A stretch of DNA of 36,380 nt from an uncultured Candidatus Saccharibacteria bacterium (GTDB taxonomy: Bacteria > Patescibacteriota > Andersenbacteria > UBA10190), in the NCBI GenBank assembly GCA_964374055.1, contig CAYJWZ010000002.1, positions 1 to 36,380 of the forward strand, given 5' to 3'. Shown here in pieces: positions 21,929-29,197 of the stretch. A model generated the notes under the pieces. That model worked only from the letters and a program-made list of their open reading frames with translations. It was not told where the DNA came from and did not search any database. Position 1 is the stretch's first letter, and each line of letters starts with the position of its first letter. A program made the translations under genes and the position numbers.

Positions 21929-24728
21929 TCGGCAGGCTCACTCCGGTCAGCAGCTTAGCTTGCCTGATAGCGGGGGAGTCGTAGCGAAACGAGACGGTGT
22001 GTTGACCGGCGCCGACACGGGCGGCTTTAAAGACAGAATTGGCCACGTAATAGGGGGCCGGTTGATTATCAACAAACGTGCGCCACTGCGGGGTGGTGCT
22101 ATCGGTTACCACCAGCCAGGCTTCGCTCGGCGTGGTGACGGCGACCTCAACTTCAGTATCCTGATAGCGGGTGACGTTCACGGTAGCGCTCAATAGTTTT
22201 GTGTTACGGGCGGGGAGATCGTCGGGTAACTGATTGCCGCTGATGTAGACCACCTGTTTTGGATCATAGGCCGGGTCAGCGATGGCGACACGGGTTTCAT
22301 CGGCCGCGGCGTTGGGGATAGCGTTTCGGACCAGATAGGCCTTGGGATAGGCTTGCGGGTTGTGATAGAGGCGAAAGGAACCGTTGCTGGTGGTTTGTTC
22401 GCCGATGAGGGTGAAGCCGAGACTGGGCAAGCGGTCCTCGGTTTCTTTGGAAACAAACTGGGTGAGGTGGGTAATACTGGCACTGTCGAATAAGGCGCGG
22501 TGGCGTTGTAAAAAGTGACGGCCGTCGCCATCGATTAGATTGTCCTGATCATTTTGAAAGAAATCCTCAATGAATTCACGATACGGTTTAATGGAGAGAG
22601 CACCAATCCAGCGGGCACTGGAGGCGCCGGCGATGACATTGAGATGGCGACTGAGCGTACCGACTTCCGGATTGAGCCCGGCATCGGTGGCGGTACTACC
22701 TTCTTGCATAACGAGACGGACGTCTTTGCGCGAACGGGCCAGTTGCTCGGCTGTCGGGTTGGGTACGCGGATCAAATAGGCGCGGTTGTCGCCGGTGGCT
22801 GGTATGAGGTAGGGGTTAATGCGACTGTGCGGGGCGCTTAGGGCTATGACGTAGTGGCGGTTAGTTTCGAGGACCTGGTTAAAGCAGACGGGCGTATAGC
22901 CTTGATGATTAACGTTTGAGGGGCGTACGATGACATGCTCGCGGGCGGCGCCAGTTATTGTTTCTTTAAGGCTGACGGTAATGGCCTCATCGCTGGCGAT
23001 TTCAGCCGCATACAGCATGATACGGAGACAGTTGACGGAAGGTATAGTTGGGGTAAGAGGCTGCATAATAGTGAAATCGCGGGTGATGGCGTCAGCCGAG
23101 CGGATGTGTTTAATAAGCGCTTCAGTGTAAATCATGTCACGGCCGTAGAGGCGCGGCGGCACACCTGCCTGTCCGGTAGGCAGGCGTTCGGGCGAAATGG
23201 CAGTTCGTAACTGGTCAATCCATGTTGGTTCAGCCAGGGCAGTGACTCGGGGAATCAGAGGATTATAATTCCAGCCAAAAGCAAGCAGCGTAAGAGCGCT
23301 GAGGCTGACCAATCCGTAGGTGGCGACTGCGCGGACACGTGAAAAGCGCTGTAAAAAGAGATAGAGCGGAAAAACAAACAGAGCGATAAGACCTAAGATC
23401 CATTCGTAATTATAGGTGTTAATCAGGTGGTCAAGCTGTGCCAGGTAACGCGGCTCAACTTGCAGAGTGATAAAAAATGGGGCGAAGAGTGCCGCCACGC
23501 AAATCGGGCTTAAGGCCAGTGCCAGCAACCGTTGCCAGCGGGGGGTGGTGGAGAGAGAGCGGAGATCATCGAGGCCGACGGCGGCCAGGAGGCTGATGCC
23601 AACATTGAAAAAGAAGACAAAACGACCGGGCGTGGTGAGTGTGCTCAAAATTCTTTGTTCAACAAGGTAACGATAGAGTGGGGAGTATTGGCCGAGAGCA
23701 AAAACAAACGTCACTACCAGTAAACTTATTCCGAAGAGGCGCAGGGAGCGCTGGCGGCGCGTTTGCCAGGTGAGGAGCGCGCTACTGGCCAGCAGGAGCG
23801 GTAGTACGCCGGTGTAGGCCGCTAATTCCTGAAAGTTTTTGGCACCCCAGTAATTGGTTTTATCACCAAAAAATGTCGGCAGAATAAGCGTGATGGCATG
23901 ACTTGGCGGATAGCTGAACTCAAATAATTCAATGGGCGATAGATCCTCGCCCCGCTCGGTCAACGGCTGGAACTCCCGCAGCGGTAGAATCGCAAAAGCC
24001 GAAAGACCGAGGAAAAGCAGGGCAGCCAGCAAGACAAGGCTGGTTGGTTTGAGTAGTTTCATTTTACGCCGGGGTAACAGAATTCCCCAGCGGAATAAAC
24101 CGTAGAGAGTAGCGATGATGAGGGTGTAGAGCACAATTTGGGGTTGGCCACCGAGGGCGGTCGCGGCAGCTACGAGGGCCACCGCGGCGCTGCGGGGAAG
24201 AGTCGGCTTGATAAGAAGTGCTTCAATAGCCAGTAGCAACAGGGGGAGCAGTGTGCTGGCGGTATAAAAGTTAACGTGATTCAAGTGGCCGATCATGAAG
24301 CCGGAGAAAGCAAACACGATGGCACCCAGCGCCGCCGCCGCGGGCGAAAGCCGGCGGTAGCGCAGGAAGGCAAACATGCTGACTATGCCAACCAGGAAAT
24401 AAGCGATGACGGAGATCTGCAGGAGCGTGATGGGGTGAATACTGAGGGCGCGCAAGAGGAGGTGGAGCGGGGTGAAGAAGCCGAGTTGGCCCCAAGCAAT
24501 GACGGGCTGACCAAAACCGAGGAGATTGCTCCAGACCGGCAGGGTGAAGTTGGCCTGGGCAGCGGCGTAGATCACCTCAAGCGGATAATAGATAATTTTT
24601 AAGTCGTCGAGGAAATAAAAGTATTGCCCGCTGATGGTGCGAATAAAAAAGATGAACCAGGTCATGAGAACGAGGCCGAGGCCAAGAGCATGCGGCTTTA
24701 ACTGCTTAGTTATTTGTCGGATTGACAT
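21822..24728 (-). CDS. YfhO-like GT-C polytopic membrane protein (968 aa) with a large extracytoplasmic region
   Basis: First loop YFYFLDDLKIIYYPLE...VWSNLLGFGQP, about 13 N-terminal TM helices, a roughly 440-aa soluble region, a final TM VSLPITLGLLIVPIVW and a basic tail. It overlaps the upstream small gene by 19 nt and the convergent 19976 gene by 107 nt. Confidence 0.7.
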   Translation of the reverse strand: MSIRQITKQLKPHALGLGLVLMTWFIFFIRTISGQYFYFLDDLKIIYYPLEVIYAAAQANFTLPVWSNLLGFGQPVIAWGQLGFFTPLHLLLRALSIHPITLLQISVIAYFLVGIVSMFAFLRYRRLSPAAAALGAIVFAFSGFMIGHLNHVNFYTASTLLPLLLLAIEALLIKPTLPRSAAVALVAAATALGGQPQIVLYTLIIATLYGLFRWGILLPRRKMKLLKPTSLVLLAALLFLGLSAFAILPLREFQPLTERGEDLSPIELFEFSYPPSHAITLILPTFFGDKTNYWGAKNFQELAAYTGVLPLLLASSALLTWQTRRQRSLRLFGISLLVVTFVFALGQYSPLYRYLVEQRILSTLTTPGRFVFFFNVGISLLAAVGLDDLRSLSTTPRWQRLLALALSPICVAALFAPFFITLQVEPRYLAQLDHLINTYNYEWILGLIALFVFPLYLFLQRFSRVRAVATYGLVSLSALTLLAFGWNYNPLIPRVTALAEPTWIDQLRTAISPERLPTGQAGVPPRLYGRDMIYTEALIKHIRSADAITRDFTIMQPLTPTIPSVNCLRIMLYAAEIASDEAITVSLKETITGAAREHVIVRPSNVNHQGYTPVCFNQVLETNRHYVIALSAPHSRINPYLIPATGDNRAYLIRVPNPTAEQLARSRKDVRLVMQEGSTATDAGLNPEVGTLSRHLNVIAGASSARWIGALSIKPYREFIEDFFQNDQDNLIDGDGRHFLQRHRALFDSASITHLTQFVSKETEDRLPSLGFTLIGEQTTSNGSFRLYHNPQAYPKAYLVRNAIPNAAADETRVAIADPAYDPKQVVYISGNQLPDDLPARNTKLLSATVNVTRYQDTEVEVAVTTPSEAWLVVTDSTTPQWRTFVDNQPAPYYVANSVFKAARVGAGQHTVSFRYDSPAIRQAKLLTGVSLPITLGLLIVPIVWSRTRSRSRRSPLPDRPAGKKAAG
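21841..21863. repeat. decayed P1-like copy (PAGQAG) in the convergent overlap zone
   Basis: ccggccggccggtcaggcagggg. Plus-frame codons are ccg gcc ggt cag gca ggg. Confidence 0.55.
23163..23183. repeat. P1 palindrome copy inside a minus-strand CDS, in frame (LPTGQAG)
   Basis: cctgcctgtccggtaggcagg. Minus-strand codons are ctg cct acc gga cag gca ggt (aa 516-522). Confidence 0.9.
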
Positions 24729-25117
24729 TGCATTTCGGTTCCACCGCAGACGCGGTAGAGTATTTGATTATTTTCGTTGAGCACACGGAAATGATACTTG
24801 CGTTTTTCGTCCTCGTCGAAGCCACGCGTGTCAGCCTGAGGGCGTTCCATGTGAGCTTCGAGGTAGTAGCCCTGGGTATGCATAGCGGCGGTATCAGTCA
24901 CGACATAGCGATAAGGCGAGGGCAGCTGATCGGGGTAGTATTCGTGTTTATTATAAAAATCCTCGGCTTGGCGCTTAAGGGTGGCAATAGCCTGGCGCTT
25001 TAGATCATCACGGACTTCCGTTCGTTGCCTGAGGAGTGAGGGCACTAGTGCGACGAGCAGTAGCACGACGAGAGCCGCGAGGGATATGGTTTCTTTCTGG
25101 GCACGTGAGAATCGCAT
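24710..25117 (-). CDS. small membrane-anchored protein, possibly pilin/pseudopilin-like with a non-canonical N-terminus
   Basis: ORF 24710..25237. ATG 25117 gives MRFSRAQKETISLAALVVLLLVALVPSLL (one TM). Then VRDDLKRQAIATLKRQAEDFYNKHEYYP, which resembles the post-helix segment of type IV pilin-like proteins, and a C-terminal Cys pair VCGGTEMQC. There is no G/FTLIE prepilin site. Confidence 0.45.
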   Translation of the reverse strand: MRFSRAQKETISLAALVVLLLVALVPSLLRQRTEVRDDLKRQAIATLKRQAEDFYNKHEYYPDQLPSPYRYVVTDTAAMHTQGYYLEAHMERPQADTRGFDEDEKRKYHFRVLNENNQILYRVCGGTEMQCQSDK

Positions 25118-25162
25118 AGCTTCATATTGCCATGGGGGAACATCTTGTTCTATTCTAAACGC

Positions 25163-26395
25163 ATGAAAACCCGCATGAAGGTGGTGGCCGAGCACTCGCC
25201 GGCAGTAAAGAGTATACAATGCCTTCTCTGCGATCAAGACTCCACCGTTGAATTTATGAATTTAGGGCAGCAGCCGCTGGCCAACAAATATCCGAAAGCG
25301 GCTGATTTTAAGACGGAGGACTTCTTTCCACTTACGGTTTTATTCTGCACGCAATGCAAAAATGTTCAGCTTGGTACGGTAGTTTCCCGGGTACGAATGT
25401 TCGAGGATTACTATTATTTATCGTCAGTTAATCCGGGGTTGGTGCGACATTTTACTGAGTTGGCCAAGCAGCTTAAGGAGGCGCACTTTGTTGTCGATAT
25501 CGGATCAAATGATGGTATATTATTAAAACCGTTACAGGAGTTGGGTGTTAAAGCTCTGGGGGTGGATCCCGCGATCAATGTTTCAAGGATTGCTAATGAC
25601 CTTAGGCTGACGACGCTGACAGCCTTCTTTGACGCGGCCACGGCGGCCAAAATAACGAAGGAATGGGGGAAGCCTGACGTCGTGGTGGCCAGCAGTATCT
25701 TTACGCATCTGGATGATCCGCATCAATTTATTGATGCGGTGCGCGATCTTATGACCGACGATGGATCTTTTATTATTGAAGTGGAGTATATCGGAAATAT
25801 CCTGAAAGACGTTCAATTTGAACGGTTTTATTTGGACCGAATATTTTATTATTCATTGACGTCATTGCGGGATTTATTTGCCCGGCATGCCATGTACATC
25901 GCTGATGTAGAAGAAATTGAGCCCCATGGCGGATCACTCCGGGTGACAACGCGTAATGCAGTGGCCGGAGCGCAACCTTCAAAAAATGTTATGCGTTTGC
26001 TGGCTGAGGAAGAGAAGACTTTAACCGAACCGGCTTTGGAAAAATTTAGACAGACAGTGGATAAATACATAACGGCGTTTCGCGATAAGCTCACCGAGTA
26101 TAAGCACTCTGGTGTACAAGTCGCCGGGTATGGAGCACCGGCCCGCGTTACTACCATCTGTAATTACGGCAGGATTGGCCCAGAACTCCTTGAGTTTTTG
26201 ATTGATGACAGCCCGTTGAAACAGAATAAGTTTAGTCCGGGAACACACATCCCTATTTTTCCAAAAGAATACTTAGAAGATCACAAGCCGGATATTCTGG
26301 TGGTGTTTGCCTATGAGTACTTCGATGATATTAAGAAAAAAATCGAGGGTGCCTATCGCTACTTAATACCGATTCCACCGCGCGAGGTAACCTGA
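25163..26395 (+). CDS. SAM-dependent NDP-sugar C-methyltransferase-like protein (Zn-binding N-domain + class I MTase + C-terminal domain; TylCIII-type architecture)
   Basis: ORF 25127 (TTG)..26395; the first ATG is at 25163. Motifs: CLLCDQ...FMNLGQQPLANKY...LFCTQCKNVQL (Cys4 domain), VVDIGSNDGILL (motif I), GYGAPARVTTICNYG and LIDDSPLKQNKFSPGTHIPI (C-terminal domain). Confidence 0.78.
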   Translation: MKTRMKVVAEHSPAVKSIQCLLCDQDSTVEFMNLGQQPLANKYPKAADFKTEDFFPLTVLFCTQCKNVQLGTVVSRVRMFEDYYYLSSVNPGLVRHFTELAKQLKEAHFVVDIGSNDGILLKPLQELGVKALGVDPAINVSRIANDLRLTTLTAFFDAATAAKITKEWGKPDVVVASSIFTHLDDPHQFIDAVRDLMTDDGSFIIEVEYIGNILKDVQFERFYLDRIFYYSLTSLRDLFARHAMYIADVEEIEPHGGSLRVTTRNAVAGAQPSKNVMRLLAEEEKTLTEPALEKFRQTVDKYITAFRDKLTEYKHSGVQVAGYGAPARVTTICNYGRIGPELLEFLIDDSPLKQNKFSPGTHIPIFPKEYLEDHKPDILVVFAYEYFDDIKKKIEGAYRYLIPIPPREVT

Positions 26396-26401
26396 TTTAC
26401 T

Positions 26402-27508
26402 ATGTCTGCCTCACCTTTGATTACTGAAGATATTGAGACAATTGCTCGTGGAATTTCCGACCATACGCATCATTTAGCCGGGCGGACAGTGCTGATTAGC
26501 GGAGGAGCGGGTTTTTTGGGTAGTTATTTTGTGGGGGTGTTTAAGTATTTGAATGCGCATGTGCTGGACAAACCGGTGCGGGTGATTTCAGTGGATAATT
26601 TTATAACGTCGGCGAGGTCTTCGCAGGCGAATGAGCACGATGAGAACGTTCTCAGTGTCTGGGGTGATGTGACCTATCCGCTGCCGGTGCGGGAGAGATT
26701 AGATTATATTATTCACGCCGCTGGTCTGGCTTCACCGGTGTATTACATGCAGTATCCTCTTGAAACGATTGAAAGCGCGGTGACGGGCGTGAAAAATTTA
26801 CTGGAGTTGGCCCGGAAGAATTCACTGGAAGGCTTTTTGTTTTTCTCATCGAGTGAAATTTACGGTGATCCGATACCAGAAGCGGTACCGACACCCGAGA
26901 CGTATTATGGGAATGTTTCCAGCGTGGGACCGCGGGCGTGTTATGACGAATCAAAGCGCTTAGCCGAAACGATTTGCAGTATTTATCATGATCGGTTTGG
27001 CATACCGGTGTCGGTCGTGCGGCCCTTCAATGTGTTTGGGCCGGGCATGCGGCATAATGATCGGCGGGTGATCCCGATGTTTGCCTACCAAGCATTAAAT
27101 GGAAAAGTTTTGCCGGTGCATGGTGGGGGACACCAGACGCGTACTTTTTGCTACATTACTGACGCCATGATTGGTTTCTTAAAGACGCTGCTGATTGGTC
27201 AGCGCGGGGAGGCATATAATATTGGAAATGGGGAAAATGAGATTTCCATGCGTAATTTAGCCGGTTTGTTCACGGAGTTAGTCGGCGATTACGTGCGTAG
27301 CGAAACAGTCCCTTATCCGGAAACGTACCCGGCCGGTGAGCCACAGCGACGGTGCCCCGATTTAACAAAGTCACAGGCACAGTTGGGTTATGGAGCACAT
27401 GTCGGCTTGCGGCAGGGGCTGGGCCGCTTTTTGACGTGGGCACGGGAAGCTGGCTCGTACTTGGATACTCCTGAACAAGCGTTGGCCACACCCAAGGTTC
27501 GGGCGTGA
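26402..27508 (+). CDS. UDP-glucuronate decarboxylase-like SDR (UXS/ArnA-C-terminal type)
   Basis: VLISGGAGFLGSY, FFSSSEIYGDP...PTPETYYGNV, CYDESKRLAETI (YxxxK), VRPFNVFGPGM. Confidence 0.82.
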   Translation: MSASPLITEDIETIARGISDHTHHLAGRTVLISGGAGFLGSYFVGVFKYLNAHVLDKPVRVISVDNFITSARSSQANEHDENVLSVWGDVTYPLPVRERLDYIIHAAGLASPVYYMQYPLETIESAVTGVKNLLELARKNSLEGFLFFSSSEIYGDPIPEAVPTPETYYGNVSSVGPRACYDESKRLAETICSIYHDRFGIPVSVVRPFNVFGPGMRHNDRRVIPMFAYQALNGKVLPVHGGGHQTRTFCYITDAMIGFLKTLLIGQRGEAYNIGNGENEISMRNLAGLFTELVGDYVRSETVPYPETYPAGEPQRRCPDLTKSQAQLGYGAHVGLRQGLGRFLTWAREAGSYLDTPEQALATPKVRA

Positions 27509-28383
27509 TTCGACTTGGTTTACTAGGCCTGGGGCGGTGGGGTACGAACATTGCGCGTACGCTCAAGGAATTTCCAGAAGTTGAGTTAATGACTGACAGC
27601 GCGGCTGCGGCACAGCTTGATGGTGTGCTGATTGCAACACCCGGCAGTACCCATGCGGAAGTGGCTGAACCTTTTATTAAAAAAGGCTTAGCGGTGTTTG
27701 TAGAAAAGCCGTTTACTACGAAGCTTGCTGATGCCAAGCGTTTACAGCAACGAGCGGAAGAAAGTGGAGCAGTGGTGCAAGTTGGCCACGTGCATTTATT
27801 TAACCCGGCGTATCGAGCGGCAAAAAAACTGGTACAGGCAAGTGGGGCACCACATTATATTTTATTTGAGGGCATGAATAACGGGCCCTATCGCGATGAT
27901 ATGTCGGCGTTGTGGGATTGGGCGCCTCACGATGTCGCGGTGTTGTTGGATCTTACGGGTGAGTTGCCGAAGAGCGTGCAGGCATGGGAGGTTGATGCGT
28001 TGCGGCCGGGTAAAAATCTTTTTGATATGGTGACTGTTCGTTATCAGTTTTCGAACGGAATGGTAGCTGTATCGTTGGTCAGTTGGTTGGCACCCGAGAA
28101 GAGAAAGAAAATTACCTTTATCGGGGAGCGTGATTCGATTGTGTTTGATGATACGGCACAGCAGAAAGTTACGCTGTACAAGGATTTCCGGCAGGAGCCA
28201 GTAGTGTCGTATCCGGAATATGCAGCCGATGCGCCGCTGAAACTTGAATTAGAGGCGTTTATGAAAGCAATAAAAACACGACAGGTTCCAGTGGCTGACT
28301 TGCAGCATGCGGTGGATAGTGTCCGCGTGCTGGCCGCGGCCGAACAATCAATTAAGCTTGACGGGCAATCCGTTAAGCTGTAA
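27505..28383 (+). CDS. Gfo/Idh/MocA family oxidoreductase
   Basis: MIRLGLLGLGRWG, VLIATPGSTHAEVAEPFIKKGLAVFVEKPF. ATGA-type 4-nt overlap with the upstream stop. Confidence 0.85.
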   Translation: MIRLGLLGLGRWGTNIARTLKEFPEVELMTDSAAAAQLDGVLIATPGSTHAEVAEPFIKKGLAVFVEKPFTTKLADAKRLQQRAEESGAVVQVGHVHLFNPAYRAAKKLVQASGAPHYILFEGMNNGPYRDDMSALWDWAPHDVAVLLDLTGELPKSVQAWEVDALRPGKNLFDMVTVRYQFSNGMVAVSLVSWLAPEKRKKITFIGERDSIVFDDTAQQKVTLYKDFRQEPVVSYPEYAADAPLKLELEAFMKAIKTRQVPVADLQHAVDSVRVLAAAEQSIKLDGQSVKL

Positions 28384-28437
28384 TAGTAGGGCAACACAGT
28401 TTCGATCGATGTTTGACAACTCAATTGCCCCTAGGGC

Positions 28438-28443
28438 AGGAGG
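28438..28443 (+). promoter_or_regulatory. Shine-Dalgarno AGGAGG, 6 nt before GTG 28450
   Basis: Read directly. Confidence 0.6.
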
Positions 28444-28449
28444 ATTTCA

Positions 28450-29133
28450 GTGGCATGGGAAGACGGTGCATGGTTTGGGTCGATTTCGGAAGCCGAGCAG
28501 AAGGCCGGCGGTGCGTGGGTTATTGGCAATAAGCCGCACTGTTCTGGTCCGGACTTTCCTGGATTGGTTGATATGGCTTGTTATCCATTAGTGAAGATCT
28601 GGTTTGCCACACCTGATCGATATGGCAAGGGTAGGTACCCCTTGAAGGACCGGTTGGATATTCAGCGCGGAGAGTATGTTCGTGTCTTAACAGGTAGGCT
28701 TGACTGCCTGGTCTGTATTGCGGGACGGCCATTCAAAACGTGGCGGCTGGAATATCCGGCCGATGGTATTAACTTGCCTCCGAACTGGCAGCGTCAGTGG
28801 GAGTTGCCGAACGATGTTTCTCATGCAACTGGGATCACGGTTTGCCACCATGAGTTGACTCCGTGGGGGAGTGTGAGTGATTTGTATGAGCTGCTCTTTT
28901 GGGATACCGCGGCAGTCTCCAGTCTTCTGGCGCTTGAGGGACCGGTTAACATGCGAACCTGGCGATATCAATTGATCGTGCCTTTTCACGGTGGTTGCTT
29001 TCTCTCTCCTGGACTTTGTTCGTCGAACCGCCCGGTTCTGTCTGGCGAATATGTTTTTCTACGGGTGGCTGAACGGCCACAATGGACGGTTCAGCCCAGC
29101 TTTCAGGCTCGGGGTGTGGTGATCTACTTTTGA
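28450..29133 (+). CDS. hypothetical Trp/Cys-rich protein (ORFan)
   Basis: 227-aa ORF with a GTG start, a perfect SD and its own terminator. About 11 Trp and 7 Cys. AAG 5 : AAA 1, unlike neighbours. No family recognised. Confidence 0.55.
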   Translation: MAWEDGAWFGSISEAEQKAGGAWVIGNKPHCSGPDFPGLVDMACYPLVKIWFATPDRYGKGRYPLKDRLDIQRGEYVRVLTGRLDCLVCIAGRPFKTWRLEYPADGINLPPNWQRQWELPNDVSHATGITVCHHELTPWGSVSDLYELLFWDTAAVSSLLALEGPVNMRTWRYQLIVPFHGGCFLSPGLCSSNRPVLSGEYVFLRVAERPQWTVQPSFQARGVVIYF

Positions 29134-29140
29134 AGTTAGT

Positions 29141-29173
29141 GCCAGGTGCAGAATATTGCGCCTGGCTTTTTTT
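29141..29173 (+). terminator. rho-independent terminator
   Basis: gccaggtgc-agaatatt-gcgcctggc (9-bp stem with one G-U pair) followed by ttttttt, 7 nt after the stop. Confidence 0.75.
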
Positions 29174-29197
29174 GTTGTGTTACTCTATCTTTGAGCG

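Noticed and set aside
28412-28417. TTGACA -35 box upstream of ORFan cassette 2 (also TTGACA near 4068 and TTGACT at 19784).
   Set aside because: No acceptable -10 hexamer lies at 16-18 nt spacing in any of the three cases.
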